NCBI GenBank assembly: GCA_951406725.2
Contig: OX597815.1
Coordinates: forward strand, 35,608,001-35,732,000
Reading direction: 5' to 3'
From: Octopus vulgaris
Taxonomy: Eukaryota
Length of the DNA stretch: 124,000 nucleotides
In this document: piece after piece, positions 101,601 to 119,970 of the stretch
Layout of the letters: each line of letters starts with the position of its first letter
Position numbering within the stretch: position 1 is the first letter of the stretch
Notes under the pieces: generated by a model
What the model was told of the DNA's origin: nothing
The model's input: only the letters and a program-made list of their open reading frames with translations
Database searches by the model: none
Made by a program: the position numbers and the translations under genes

Positions 101601-103552
101601 CACGGCCCTCCTAGAAATAGAGGGCGGAGAAGATGGATGAATGGATGGACGGACGGGCGGACGGATGAATTAATAGTATTTTATAACCATATTATTCATT
101701 AATGCTGCACTTATTGCCACCCAGTAATTGTTTCTATGCGATGCAGTGTTATAATTGTAACAATTTGGTCATGTAATTGTTATATATTACTTACAAATGT
101801 AACGGATACCGTGCTTATTAGTATTGATAATAGATTAGTTAAAACTTCATTAGACAGTGTGATACACACCTAATGAATGAACAGAAGGTAAAAATAAATT
101901 CTTAGAGATTTTATTCATGTCATAATTCATCTTGTTAGAGATAGCGTGCGGAGGCTGTTGTTGCTGTTGTTGATGTTAAGCAATAAGACGGGTGAGGGTG
102001 ATTAGGTGATGGTCTACGGTTTAGGGACGGGAGACCCCAGACCTTGAAAAAAAAAACAAAAAGCTTTGGTCGTCTTGTTGTAGTCGAGGGCTCTTCGTTG
102101 ACGCCCGACATCACTGGAAGGTGGCCCTCGAAATCGCTGGAAATGGAGATCTCCAGGTCCAAATTCTAGGACGGCGCGTGCGGAGGCTGTAGTAGTCGGC
102201 TGTTTTACAGTGATAAGAGAATGATAGTAATGAGTTGCATAACTTTTGGCAATGTTTCTGTCAGATGTAGGAACCAGAAAGAGATAGGCGTTCTAGGAAA
102301 AGATAGACACGCGAGAAAGAGATATACATGTTCATTTGCCGAAGTGTCAGACAATAGAGAGAAGCATGTTCCTCTGGCGTGGAGGCGCGTGGCTTAGTGG
102401 TTAGGGTGTCAGCATCATGGTCGTAAGATTGTGGTTTTGATTCCTGGACCAGGCGACGCGTAGTTTTCTTGAGCAAAACACTTCGTTTCACGTTCCTCCA
102501 GTCCACTGGCAAAAATGAGTAACGCTGCGATGGACTGGCGTCCCCCGTCCAGCTGGGGAACACATACGCCATTGAAACCAGGAAACCGGGCCCGTGAACC
102601 TGGTTAGGCTTTATTTATTTTTTTAATGTTCCTCTGGCAAAGTGCCAAGTGAAAGAAGAAATGTTCCTCGGGTAAGATGCCAAGCAAACCAGAGAGAAAA
102701 GATTTTGTTTGGGTTCAGTATTTACACATGTTCGAAAGTTAAAAATAAGTCGGGAAGACAAAGGTGAATGTGTTTATCTGTATTGAACACGATTTAACTT
102801 AAGATGCTCAGGAAAAGAATAGTACTTATCTAAGTTGAACGGATTATGAAAGCTGACTCTCATAAATTTCCAAGTTCGAATGCCGAAAACAATGGAAAGT
102901 AGCTTACAGAAAAATTTAGACTAAGGTTTTGATTGCTGGCTAAGAATCTAGGAAACCAATCGTTTGAAGTCTCTCTGATGTCCAACCTGTTTCTGTATCT
103001 CTTTTATTGTTTAGTTCCAGATTAGTTCCAAACAGGAGACATGTGAGCAAAAGCGTTTCAGCCATGACCACTTCGTCTTTATTCCATACTTTTTTTTTCA
103101 GTAATAGTGTATCTAGAACTCTATTATCTTCATTTTTGTTTTAAGACGTTAGAGTGTTATATGCGAGATATTTAGCTGTTATTTGTAGCAAATCGAGCCA
103201 CTGCATAGATGCCTTCTTTTTAACTGTTATTTCTGTGATTATGTGCTTTTAAGTTCTCTATACTTGATAGGAAATGTAGATCTATATTTGAATCAGAGGA
103301 TTCTCCTTGCAGGACGAAGCTAAAAATAGCTCGGTGATATTTGACCGGCTATTACCGTCTTATCGGAAGTGTCTACATGTATTCAATTAAAAAAAAAAAA
103401 ACACAAGTAATTAACTGCAAATGAAACATACGAGTAATACGAGTAATTTTCATATTTGCTTTTTGGTATGTTCACTGGCTACATATAATGTTAATTTATA
103501 ACTAAGTACTGACACAGCAGGGTGTGGATTAATTGTTTATTAGTCTGTATAT

Positions 103553-103602
<50 letters not shown>

Positions 103603-104809
103603 ATGCGTGTGTGTGTGTGTGTGCTTTGGGTGTGGGTGTTGGGTGCATTCAGCTTCACTGCATAAATAGATCTGTGTCATGAGATTTTATACCACATCCG
103701 TTTGTTTCGTAGTCTTTGAATCGAGTTATCATAAAACATCTCCACAATAATTGTTTTCTTACAAAGATATAATAATGCTTAAGGTTTATATCAGAGGGAG
103801 AATGAGAATATGTGGCGTTCATGCTTGTTTTAAAAGTACTAATGAAAGTAGATCTGAAATGATGACAACAGAGACACGAAAATGCGTCGAGGACACGTTA
103901 AACTAAGGCTACGCAGTCAAGTTAAAGTAAACGTAATTAATAAAACGTGATGGGTTTATCCCTACCAACAGACTGCACATTCTGATCTCTAAAATATGGC
104001 CGGAAAATGTCATCTGAAAACTTGACCCAATAAATCCTGTATTCGCAACTATCTAAAGAAAACGACTTTTCCCAAGCTATAAGATCCCACAAAGTGAAAT
104101 CTAAAAATACGGGATTTAAACTACGAACGTTCATCGCTAACTAAGGAATATCAGAACGATGGAGGTCAAATAGTTATAAAATGTATAGTCGTTAGCGATC
104201 GACAGCGTCGTGTGTGTGATGGACTCTCCCGTCGAAAACAACGAATGAATGCTCAGCTTTTGCCGAAGGATCTACACAAATGATTTCTTTATAGTGATCA
104301 AATGTTCTTGCCGCACATTAGCTCATTCTCTCCATCAAATCGACGTTGTCTGAACAGGTACACTGTGGACCACGTAGGTTTCAGCCCTAATATTAAACAT
104401 ATTAAACTCCTGCCTTCGCTTGTACACTCAGGTTGTCCGAATCCGAAGGTTGACTTTGACGTAATACAAAGGGCACAGCAAAGATAAGAAGAAAGAACAT
104501 GGGCGCAACTTGGTACTCCATTATTTCTCTTGTTGCATGTTTCAGTATTCGGCAACACATAACTTCACACTATGGATACAACCAACAGATACAGCTTATA
104601 CGCTCAGCATGGAGCAAACACATCGTCAGACACTTGAAACAATTGGAATAAAGGAATACCAAGTTATGACCTTGGTCTTTTCTCTTTGGTAGTGCTAATA
104701 AGTTCAGGTAGAGCTATTAGGTTAGACATGACCTTGGCCAATCTTCGGCCGAAACACATATACATATATATACATAGTGAAAATTTACAAAAGACAAAAA
104801 ACGAAGACG

Positions 104810-104867
<58 letters not shown>

Positions 104868-105507
104868 TATACATAGTGAAAAATTACAAAAAACAAAACA
104901 CGAAGACGGGTATATATATATATATATCATTTAACTACGGTAGTAGTTGAATAATATCCTTAAGGCCGCAATTAACTCACACGCAGCATTTTTCAGAGTT
105001 TGTTGCTAATTCTATGCTCAACCAAATTGAAAACTGTTAACATTTTTGAAGACAACTGGTCCCTAGCTACAAGTCTGCCCTCTCCACGATACCGATGTTC
105101 ATCGAAGGAAGACAGCGCCATCTGGAGTCGAGATTGTTTCGCATTTGTGTTGTCACAGACATTACTATCAGAACCCGAAGAGTCGCCACAGGTACTGTAG
105201 GGCATCTTGCCCGATCCTCTTGAATTGCTGCTTTATTATTGACCCCGAAAGGACGAACGGTAAAGTTGACCTCAGTGGGGTTTGAGTGAACTCATAGAGC
105301 AGAAAGGCAGAATGAAAACCACGTGACATATCATCCAACGCGCTAACGACTCAGCTACTAAGCAAACAATTGACAGAGTCGTTAGCTACTTCCGTCTAAA
105401 TTCCCAACACGAAAGTTGTTTAAAATTACCTTGAGAAATTGTTTGCGCGTCACACAATTACAATTCCTGTCTTTATTATCCACGAAGTTGTTGCTGAGAA
105501 ATCAGTC

Positions 105508-105588
<81 letters not shown>

Positions 105589-105740
105589 ATTGTTCTTTAA
105601 GCCGACGTTTATCTAGGTTAAGCAATCCTATGATCGAAGACACTCTCACCATATTTAGGATATCTCGGACATCACCAATTGAACCGCCTTTGTTCAAGGT
105701 GATGGGTACATGTATAAATACATACGTACATACATACATG

Positions 105741-106597
105741 CAAGGTCTGACCAACAAGTATCCGGACTGTTGCTGTAGTAACGACGCTAAAGCACGGAGT
105801 GTGAAACGGCTTGGCATAGATTGACCTTGAACTCTGCTGTACATGAGCATTAAGTTTTAACGCCCTAGCTCACTTCTGCTGTTTGCAGCAATGCTTGGAA
105901 GGAACGTGTGTAACGTGTGATCATCGCATTGACCATGACAGAGAAAGCTGAGCAGAGAATCTGCATCAAATTTTACCAAAAGCTTGGCGATACCGGCTCA
106001 GAGGACTAGGCAAAATTTTCAAAAAGTTTTCATTGTTCTCAACACAATCAAGGAGATCTTGTGCAACTGAAACCCGAGTGTCTTTTTGGGCAGCTGAAAG
106101 CAGTTTTGGCACAAATATCACAGACATGCGTCTCATACCCAAATCTTCAGTGATAATGGACTGGACCGAACCGTAACTAATCTGCATATCTTCTGATAAC
106201 ACACGGATGGTGATTCGACGATTTCCCTTCACAGCTGCATGCACATCTGCGATATTTTTGTCTGTTCTGCTGGTTGCGGGTCTTCCAGAACGTTCATCAA
106301 TATCGACATTTTTTTCGGCCATCTTCAAAACGTCTGAATCACTCGTACATTTGTGTACGGTTCATACACTTCCCTCCATACACTTTCTGCAAGTTTGAGC
106401 AGGCCTCTGAGCAGGTATTGCCATGAAAGCTCTCTCTGTCATAGTCAATGCGACGATCACACGCTACACACCTTCCTTCCAAGTATTGAACATGCACAGC
106501 AGAGTTCAAGGTTAATCTGTGCCAAGTGATTTCAATCTGCGTACTTTAGCTTCGTTACTATGGCAACAGTCTGGATACTTATTGATCAGGTCTCATA
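105741..106597 (-). mobile_element. Internally deleted mariner with ~105-bp imperfect TIRs
   Basis: DERSGRP, NRRITIR, FVPKLLS N-terminal transposase; inverted ends. Confidence 0.85.
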
Positions 106598-106623
106598 CAT
106601 ACATACATACATACGCGCGCACA

Positions 106624-106670
<47 letters not shown>

Positions 106671-107604
106671 TGGCTGTCACTCGATTTCGAGCAATGCCAT
106701 CTCTTGATTGTTCTCTAAAACAGGAGTAGCATAGATGTGACTTTTCAGTTTTACTAGAGACTCTTTTGCTGAACGGCTAAGTTACGGGGCTGTAAACAAA
106801 CGAGTACCGGTTGTCAAGTGGTTACTGGGGTAAACACAAATACACACACACATACATGCATATATATATATATATATATGATGGGCTTCTTTCAGTTTCC
106901 GCCTACTAAATCCACTCACAACGCTTTGGTCGGAGCGAGACTACAGTAGAAGAAACTCCTCCTAGGTGTCACGTAGTGGGATTGAACCTGAAACCATGCG
107001 GTTGAGAAGTAAGCTTTTTTTTACCGTACACTCACGCCTCTGTATGTGTGCGCGCACGTGTGTGTGTGTGTGTGTGTGCGTGAGTGTGTTTTTTTATCTT
107101 TTCGGCAAGGGAGAAGGTAGAGTCCATGGACTGTAAAAGTGCCACCGACACTGATGTAAGGGACGAAGGGAGAAAGGGATTTTGTATCTTCAAACTGAAG
107201 ATCTAGCGCCTGAATGCTTGCAACAAAGTGGACTCCATTAAGGGAACCTAAGTTGACAGACAATGGTGCTGAAACTCAGCGGCAAATTCAAGTACAAACA
107301 TGAGTATGCATGTATATATATTTATGTATGCAAGCATGGATACATGTATACATGTAGGTATGAATGCGTGTATGTATTCATGTAAGCATTATGTATGCGT
107401 TTATGTATGTATGCACACATGTATGCATGTATGTATGTATGTATGTATGTATGTATGTATGTATGTATGGTATGTATGTATGTATGTATGCACACACATG
107501 TATGCATGTATGTATGTATGTGTTTATGTAGGTATGTATGCATGTATATATGTATGTGTTTATGTAAGTATGTATGCATGTATATATGTATGCACGTATG
107601 AATA

Positions 107605-107640
<36 letters not shown>

Positions 107641-108344
107641 TGTACGTACGTATGTCTGTATGTATGTATGTATGTATGTATGTATGTATGTATGTATGGA
107701 GTATGGAGCTCATTATTTCTTGAATCTGTGTTAGACTCTACAGTATACGATAGACAGACATTGCCTTGACCTTAGTCTGCACAATTTTACTCCACTATTA
107801 CTATAACTGCATAACGAAACAAAAGACCAAGTTCTGCTAAACTAAAATATTATAATTATCACACCATACGTTACACTAGTTTACTTCAATATCCGTATTT
107901 CTCTTTCAAATATTTACATTTTAATTTAGTGCTATGCCTTAAACACAAAGATTACAACTGGCTGTTTTTTTCGTACAATGTAGTAGTTTCTTTATTCTTT
108001 TGTTCTTGCTCCACTCATTACTAATTGTTATGGCACACTTCTTTGAAATTTCTATTGTTTAAGTTACATGGCTTGGCTTTTATCTAGTTACCGTCGTAGA
108101 AGAAATTTGGCTGCGGAGAAAAAATAAATCATTAAACCGTTCCTTAGAGTTATTTTTCCCGGCACAAAAGCGAATAAATACATATGTTAAAAAAAAAAGG
108201 AATAAAAAACTGTTATTTATTTAGTTTGTTGTGACCTTGTATTGTTTTATTTTCCAGTTCAATCCTACATGTTTTCCATGATGTCATTTTACTTTGTGTT
108301 CTAATTTGTTACTTATTTACTTCTATATTTTTGTTCAAAGGAAG

Positions 108345-109333
108345 GCGGCGAGCTGGCAGAAACGATAGCACGCCGGGCGAGGTGCTGAGCGGTGTTTCGT
108401 CTGCCGTTACGTTCTGAGTTCAAATTCCGCTGAGGTCGACTTTGCCTTTCATCCATTCGGGGTCGATAAATTAAGTACCAGTTACGCACTAGGGTCGATG
108501 TAATTGGCCTAATCCGTTTGTCTGTCCTTGTTTGTCCCCTCTATGTTTAGCCCCTTGTAGGCAATAAAGAAATAAGAAACGTTAGCACGCCGGGTAAAAT
108601 GCTTAGCAGTATTTCGTCTGCCGCTACGTTCTGAGTTTAAATTCCGCCGAGGTCGGCTTTGCCTTTCATCCTTTCGGGGTCGATAAATTAAGTATCAGTT
108701 ACGCACTGGGGTCGATGTAATCGACTTAATCCCTTTGTCTCTCCTTGTTTGTCCCTCTGTGTTTAGCCCCTTCTGGGTAGTAAAGAAATAGGTATTTCGT
108801 CTGTCGTAACGTTTTGAGTTCAAATTCTGCCAAGGTCGACTTTGCCTTTCATCCTCTCGGAGTCGATTAAATAAGTACCAGTTACGCACTGGGGTCGATA
108901 TAATCGACTTAATCCCTTTGTCTCTCCTTGTTTGTCCCCTCTGTGTTTAGCCCCTTCTGGGTAGTAAAGAAATAGGTATTTCGTTTGTCGTTACGTTCTG
109001 AGTTCAAATTCCGCCGAGGTCGACTTTGCCTTTCATCCTCTCGGGGTCGATTAAATAAGTACCAGTTACGCACTGGGGTCGGTATAATCGACTTAATCTG
109101 TTTGTCTCTCCTTGTTTGTCCCCTCTGTGTTTAGCCCCTTGTGGGTAGTAAAGAAATAGGTATTTCGTCTGTCGTTACGCTCTGAGTTCAAATTCTGCCG
109201 AGGTCGACTTTGTCTTTCATCCTTTCGGGGTAGATAAATAAAGTACCAGTTTCGCAATTGGGTCGTTGTAATCGACTTAATCCTTTTGTATGTCCTTGTT
109301 TGTCCCCTCTATGTTTAGCCCCTTGTGAATAAT
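108345..109333 (+). mobile_element. Five-unit head-to-tail array of SINE family A
   Basis: Units joined at aaagaaatag|gtatttcgt. Confidence 0.92.
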
Positions 109334-111154
109334 AAAGAAATATATATTTTTGTTCAAATTTTAATTTATTTTATTTTTTTCTTGGATTTAATGATTGTAT
109401 ATGACCCTAGGTTAGTTCGGATCGAACGGATTTATGATCAAAAATATTCCAACTGCAAGAGCACCGACACTTTTTTCTCAGATATTGTTTATCCTTGGCT
109501 TACCTTATTTAATGTATCCTTCCTCGCATGGCTTTTAAGATAATAGGCAAGATCGGCGCGGGCAGGATGTTATCTATTTCTTTACTACCCACAAGGGGCT
109601 AAACACAGAGGGGACAAACACATACAGACAAACGGATTAAGTCGATTACATCGACCCCAGTGCGTAACTGGTACTTAATTTATCGACCCCGAAAGGATGA
109701 AAGGCAAAGTCGACCTCGGCGGAATTTGAACTCAGAACGTAGCGGCAGATGAAATACGATTACGCATTTCGCCCGGCGTGCCAACGTTTCCGCCAGCTCG
109801 CCGCCTTCCGGGAGGATTTTATCTCCAGCAAGTCGAACGACAACGTTGAGGTTCCTTCGAGGGCTCTGCTTTTTTTTTTGTTGATGTTCTTTTCATTAAT
109901 TTTGTTTTACAGTTATTTTACGACAGACGAGCCTAATATTCTTAGTCATGATCATTCTGTCTAGAGACAAATTCATATATTCTATTAAAATATATTTCAA
110001 TAGAATACATGTCACGAGGACTTTTTTCAGCTATTATTTTTTCCACTATAACTATTCCACTATGTAAAAAGTCCGACTCGGTGCAGTCACCAAAGTGGAA
110101 ACACTAAAACTAATGTTTTTAAAGTTAATAATTGACAAAATAACACATCATAGCTTTTTAATATTGTTTTAAATATGCTATGCCGGGCAAAATGCTTGGC
110201 GACATTTCCTCCGCCTTTACAATCTAAGTTCAAATTCCGCCAAGGTCGACTTTGCCTTTCTTCCTTTCCGGGTCGATAAAATAAGTACTAGTCGAGCACT
110301 GGGTGAATCTAATTGATTTAACTCCTCCTCCGAAATTTCTGGTCCTGCGCAAAAATTTGAAATTAATATTTTAAAATATGCCGTTGTTTTTTTTTTTAAT
110401 AAAATTTTCATTAAATATCTAGTATATTTATACAATGATACAATTTTTCCGCTGTTACGAACAATAGCCGTAGATACACCCCTGAGCACACCCTGAGCAA
110501 GATACACCCCTCACTCCAAAACCTTTCAATATATTGAACTTAGTGTTTGTATCACAAATCATTAGCATACGAAGGAAGTAAAGTGGAAGAATTGTGTTTT
110601 TGTGAATAACAAAAGCTTGCCGAGAGTAATACGTAGACCACACATCCTGTTTGAATGATTTATTATTTTTTATAGTATTTAGCATGCTCAAATAGGAAAT
110701 AAGAGAGATATATAATGGTTTCGAATTTAGACACATGACCGAGAAGTTTAAGAGGAGAAATTAATCAATTCCATCAACTCCATTACATGACCGATACTTT
110801 ATTTTAATGACTTCTTAAAGTTGATAGGCAAGGTTGACCTCGACGAATCTGGACTCAGAACATGAAACTGGTGTGTACCGAAAAGTATATAATGAATGGA
110901 AACACAATAGGTTGTGATACAAGGGTGGAAACACGTGTCAGTATAGGAGAGACGTCTGGAAATTCTCCAAATTTTCTTGGCTATGACACTCCAATGATCC
111001 GGTTAGTGCGCACGCACACACCCGCCCACCCAAACACGCATACACAAAATTTAACATTAAAGATAAAGATGAATTCCGCGTACGTCGCTGCTCAGTGGAG
111101 CCAAATCAATCTATAAGTTATCCCCAAAATAAGAGAAGCCGTTCATTCTTTTTA

Positions 111155-111156
<2 letters not shown>

Positions 111157-111191
<35 letters not shown>

Positions 111192-111553
111192 TAGTATATT
111201 TTTTATATCGTGCTTTCACTTCACTACCGAGCGCAGCTCTGTGTGCCTTAGGTATGTGCTGTGATTTGTTGTGATGCTCTAATGGTTATTGTATGGAAAG
111301 TGTTCTGCGTAGGATGTGTGCAGTGCCTAGTAGTGCAATTTTCTGTATGTTATATGTGTTTGTAAGTCCTGGTGTTTTTGTTATGTATTTGTCTGAATAT
111401 TTTTTTATCATGCCTAATGCACCTACTATGATAGGAATTGTTTCTGTTTTTAGATTCCACATTCTGGTTACTTCTATTTCCAGGTCTTTGTATTTTGAGA
111501 GTTTCTCCATTTCTTTTAGAGACACGTTGTCATCTGCCGGTATTGATACATCA

Positions 111554-111597
<44 letters not shown>

Positions 111598-111610
111598 CAT
111601 TATTATTATT
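111157..111610 (-). mobile_element. R4/Dong-like RLE 3' fragment embedded in (TAA)n
   Basis: IDVSIPAD...EKLSKYKDLEIE...IPIIVGALG...LGTAHILRRTLS; (TAA)n on both sides. Confidence 0.8.
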
Positions 111611-111839
111611 TCTTTTTGTCACAGGTTTTGTTGGAACTCCTGCAGTCTTGTATGCGTAGCGGGTTTGCTACTAGCAGCATACAGTACCATGCTATCCGTT
111701 CTTTTCAGCTATCTAATACTTTCTTGATTATTCTGATCGTGCCAAGGAGACAAACCTTTTATATCAGTTCTACAGGACACTCTATTCCAATTTCCTTGAT
111801 ATCCCTCTTGATTCTTTCTGATACTGTTCCCAAGGACCC

Positions 111840-111916
<77 letters not shown>

Positions 111917-111989
111917 GACGTCGCACAGTATACAATATCGTGAGGTTGTTGATTGGAGATTTCTGTCTACTGGGGGTTTTACTGTTTGT

Positions 111990-112930
111990 CAAGTCATAAC
112001 AAGGACCTCAGACAGACAGTACTTTACGCAATATGCGTGCAGTTCCAAGTAATGCTGACTTTTGCAATGCATCAAGATTGTAGGGTATTTCTAAGGGTTT
112101 CAGATATCTTTTCAGGCTGGGTGGTATTGAACCCAATGCTCCAATGACAATAGGGATAGACTTTATGTTTGACTCTCGTAGCTGCCACATCTTAGCGATC
112201 TCAATTCTCAGGTCTCCATATTTATCACCTTTTCTCTTTCTTTCAGGATGATATGTTGATCCCCTGGCACTGCCACGTTCATTATTAGGCACTCTTGTTT
112301 GTCTCTCCTAAAGGTTAATATATCCGATCCTCGGTGCTCTAACACCTTGTCTGTCTGGAAATCAAAGTCCCAGAGGATTTTTGCCTTCCCCTTTTCGTCC
112401 ATTACCTTTTTTGGTGTATGTTGGTACCAAGCACCCGTAACCTCATATCCATACTTACGGCATAGTAGCCAGTGGAGGTTTGGGGCTACCTTGTTGTGTC
112501 TATGCTTGTACTCTTTCTGCGTAAGACTTTCACAAGCACTAACAATGTGAGTCACGCTTTTGAACCGCTTCCCACATATTTTGCCGAGGATCGATGCACT
112601 CGTATGGTATATATTCTTTTTCACTGAGTTGGTATTCAATGCATGGTCCTGGACAGCGATGATTAAGCTTTCAGTATTCTTTTTTAGGTCACCCTTGTTG
112701 AGCCACTTCCATGATGCTTCCTGGTCTTTTAATTTGTTGGTTTCACGGTGGAACTGACCATGTAATTCCATACGGAGTAGAGTTTCTTCTTTCTCATTGG
112801 CTGTCCTTGATCGGAATTCATGAGCGCTTCCAAGTTCATTTTTGTTTACTCCTTCTGCACCAGCAGCATATTATATCCAGGCCATGCATAAGTTTTTTGG
112901 TACCGTTTACAGTTCTTCATTATAACCTTG
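111990..112930 (-). mobile_element. R4/Dong-like RLE non-LTR fragment
   Basis: HGQFHR, QDHALNT, ICGKRFKSVTHIVSAC, ILWDFDFQTDK motifs. Confidence 0.85.
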
Positions 112931-113098
112931 ATGAAATAACCGAAATACAACTACTTCAACAAAAAATAACTTCCAAAATACAGAATTTTATCAACAACGC
113001 TTAGAGTAAAAGATGTTTTGTGACACATTCTACTAGTATACGAAGTTTGAAAGTGTTTATATATATATATATACATACATATATAAACGCACATGACC

Positions 113099-113171
<73 letters not shown>

Positions 113172-114270
113172 CGTGTGCACAAGCATGTGGCTGTGCAATA
113201 AGAAGTTTGCTCCTCAACCACATGGCTCCAGGTACCGTCCCACGGCGTGACACCTCGATCAGATGTCTTCTACTGTTGCAACGGTTAAACCAAAGCGCTG
113301 TGGGCGGATTTGGTAGGCGGAAATTGAAGGAAACCCATCATACAAATATATATATTTATATATATATCCCGAGGAAGGTCTTAGGGTTTCCGCAGCCACC
113401 TACCCTTCGTGCCCAAGTCAATATAGACTTGTACAGCTTACGGAAAAGAGCTGTCTCCATAAAAGCGTCACCAGGGTGGACCGTCTCTCCCCGCCTGCCT
113501 TCGCTACTGATGCATGCACGCGCACATACATACAAACATATATACATACTTGCATACATACATACATACATACATACATACATACATACCTGTAAAGGCA
113601 GATATACACACATATATACACACACATACATACATACGTGCATACATACAGACAAACCTTCGTATACACACACACACACATACACATATATATAGGCAAA
113701 AATATACACACATACACGCATACATACATGCATATATACACACATACACACATACATACTTACATACATACATACACATACATACACAAATACATACAAA
113801 CAGCCATACGTATATGCATGTATACATACACACATACATACATACATAATTCATACATACATACATACATACATACATACATACATACATACATACATAC
113901 ATACATACATACATACATGCATACATATCCAATCCATCACTGGAACTGTATTTGTGTTTGTACGTATGCAATTATGCATGTATATGTGTTTGTGTGTATG
114001 TATATTTTTTTAATTCTATTATTTGTTTCAGTCATTTGACTGTGGCCATGCTGGAGCACTGCCTTTAGTCAAGCAAAACGACCCCCCAGGATTTATTCTT
114101 TGTAAGCCTAGTACTTATTCTATTGGTTTCTCTTGCCGAAACGCTAAGTGACGGGGACGTAAACACACCAGCATCGATTGTCAGGCGATGTTGAGGGGGG
114201 TGCAAACACAGACACACAAACATATGCATACACACACACACACGCACACACATACACACACACAAATACA

Positions 114271-114328
<58 letters not shown>

Positions 114329-114512
114329 CGACGAGCTTCTTTCAGTTTCCGTCTACCAAATCCACTCACAAGGCTTTGGTCGGTACAAGGCTATAGTAGA
114401 AGACACTTGCCCAAGGTGCTACGCAGTGGGACTGAACCCGGAACCATATGGTTGGTAAGGTAGCTACTTACCACACAGCCACGTGCCTATATATATAGAG
114501 AGATAGATAGAT

Positions 114513-114599
<87 letters not shown>

Positions 114600-115389
114600 C
114601 ACACACATATATATGTACATGTATATGTATATATATATATATATAAATTAAAAATACACACACACTCATGTATGCATGTATGTATGTATGTATGTATGTA
114701 TGTATGTATGTATGTATGTATGTGTGTATGTATGTATGTATGTATGTATGTAAAACTTTCCAGAAGTTTATCATTTACGTATATGAGCATGTCTAGACAT
114801 ACAGCTATATGCATGAGAATACATATATAAAGCAAAATATACAAATCTGCTCACACACACACACACATACATACATACATACATACATACATACATACAT
114901 ACATACATACATACATACATACAATCATACATACATACAATCATACATACATACATACATACATACATACATACATACATACATACATACATACATACAT
115001 ACATACATACATACATACATACATACCCTGTTGTTGATATCGAAATGTCAATGAAAGAGCCTTGAATCTAGGTTAGAAGTCGGCTCCTTTTCTATTCGCA
115101 AGAAATCTTGAAATATAACTGAATAATGACATACGTAACATAACATAACACGAACAATTTTATTGATTTCGGACGACAGCTCTCTAACAATCAGGCAAAA
115201 GTTCAGAGTATACAGTGCGTGAATCTTACGTCATCAATTATTCGACAAATAACAAAAATCTTTTCTAAGCAGATGAACAAACATCCGTGAGAAGTTTTTA
115301 AACCGCAAATACTTAATACACAGTAGTAGATAAAAAGGTGCAGTAATTTTTCTGTGAAAATTACGACATAATTATTTTCACTGCTTTTA

Positions 115390-117850
<2,461 letters not shown>

Positions 117851-118026
117851 CTTGTGCCCATAGTAGAAAGAACTATTATTCTCCATCTCGTTCATTATAT
117901 ACAAGTATGTGTGACTTCATCTTTATTTTATTTATCTTATTCAATTTTAGGAAAATTGAAGCACGATTTTAACAATTCCGGAGTGTATTGAAATTATTTT
118001 GTGCGTGATCTTTTACCAAGCCTGTA

Positions 118027-118069
<43 letters not shown>

Positions 118070-118274
118070 ATGTTGATTCGCTAGCTTCTGCACGCATTTT
118101 TTTTCTCTCCTTGTTTCTCTCCGTGTTTCTTTTCTGTGTATCTTTCTGTTGAAGAGCGTAGACTCGAAACGTAAAAGACTTGTTTTATTTATATTCCTGA
118201 GCGCCATACTAATACAATTGTTTGTTTGTATTCCACCTGCCTTCGTCTTTTGTTTATTTTCATAAAGCTTCCCG

Positions 118275-118375
<101 letters not shown>

Positions 118376-119606
118376 CGAACTATGTAAAGGTATAGTTACT
118401 TTGTGGTTAATACCTTGGACCAATCTATAACGGACTTGCTATTGCCCTTTATCCGTAAATCTAATTCCCTATCTAACTTGTTTAGAATAGAATCTAAGAT
118501 ACTCTTACTAATAATTCCAATTTCCAGCTTTGCTGGGTGAATTAGTCTGCATTTGTGGTTTCTACTAAAATTGGCTTTGTGGTCCATTAGGGTAATAAAG
118601 GGCAGACGTAGGGGAAAGTATTCGATCCTATCACTAACTTTAAGGTTGGTAGCGATTTCGATATTCATCTCTTTATATCAGTTAGTACATACATACATAT
118701 ATACATACATACATACATACATACATACATACATACATACATACATACATACATACATACAAACATACATACAAACATACATGCATGCATGCATACATAC
118801 ATACAAACATACATACAAACATGCATACATACATACATACGTACAAACATACAAACATACATACAAACATACATGCATACATACATACATACATACATAC
118901 ATACATACATACATACATACGTACGTACGTACGTACATACATACATACATACATACATACGTACATACGTACATACAAACATACATACATACATACATAC
119001 ATGCATGCATACATACATACATACATACATACATACATACATACATACATACATACATACATACGTACATACGTACATACAAACATACATACATACATAC
119101 ATACATGCATGCATACATACATACATACATACATACATACATACATACGTCCGTACGTACGTACATACATACATACATACATACATACATACAAACATAC
119201 ATACATACATACATACATACATACATACATACATACATACATACATACGTACGTACGTACATACATACATACATACATACATACATACATACATACATAC
119301 ATACATACATACATACATACATACATACATACATACATACATACATACATACATACATACATACATACATACATACATACATACATACATACATACATAC
119401 ATACATACATACATACATACATACATACATACATACGTACATACATACATAAGTTAGTATTTGCTTTTTTATAAGTGTCTGTAATGTTAGAAAGTAGTCG
119501 TTTGTAAAGATTTTTTTCTACAGCATGGAGGTCTTTTGTTTTGTGGGGCTTCACGAAAATCTTATTCCGTCAAGATAGACTGTGTGTGTTTGTGTGTGTG
119601 TGTTTT

Positions 119607-119655
<49 letters not shown>

Positions 119656-119668
119656 TTGTGTGTGTGTT

Positions 119669-119725
<57 letters not shown>

Positions 119726-119737
119726 GTTTGTGTGTTT

Positions 119738-119771
<34 letters not shown>

Positions 119772-119838
119772 TTGTTTGTGTGTGTGTGTTTGCGTGCGTG
119801 TATGTTTGTTTGTGTGTGTGTGTTTGTGTGTGTGTGTT

Positions 119839-119898
<60 letters not shown>

Positions 119899-119910
119899 TG
119901 TGTGTGCGCG

Positions 119911-119970
<60 letters not shown>

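Noticed and set aside
104280-105200. Short non-repetitive ORFs
   Set aside because: Under 70 aa, weak splice signals, no recognisable motifs.
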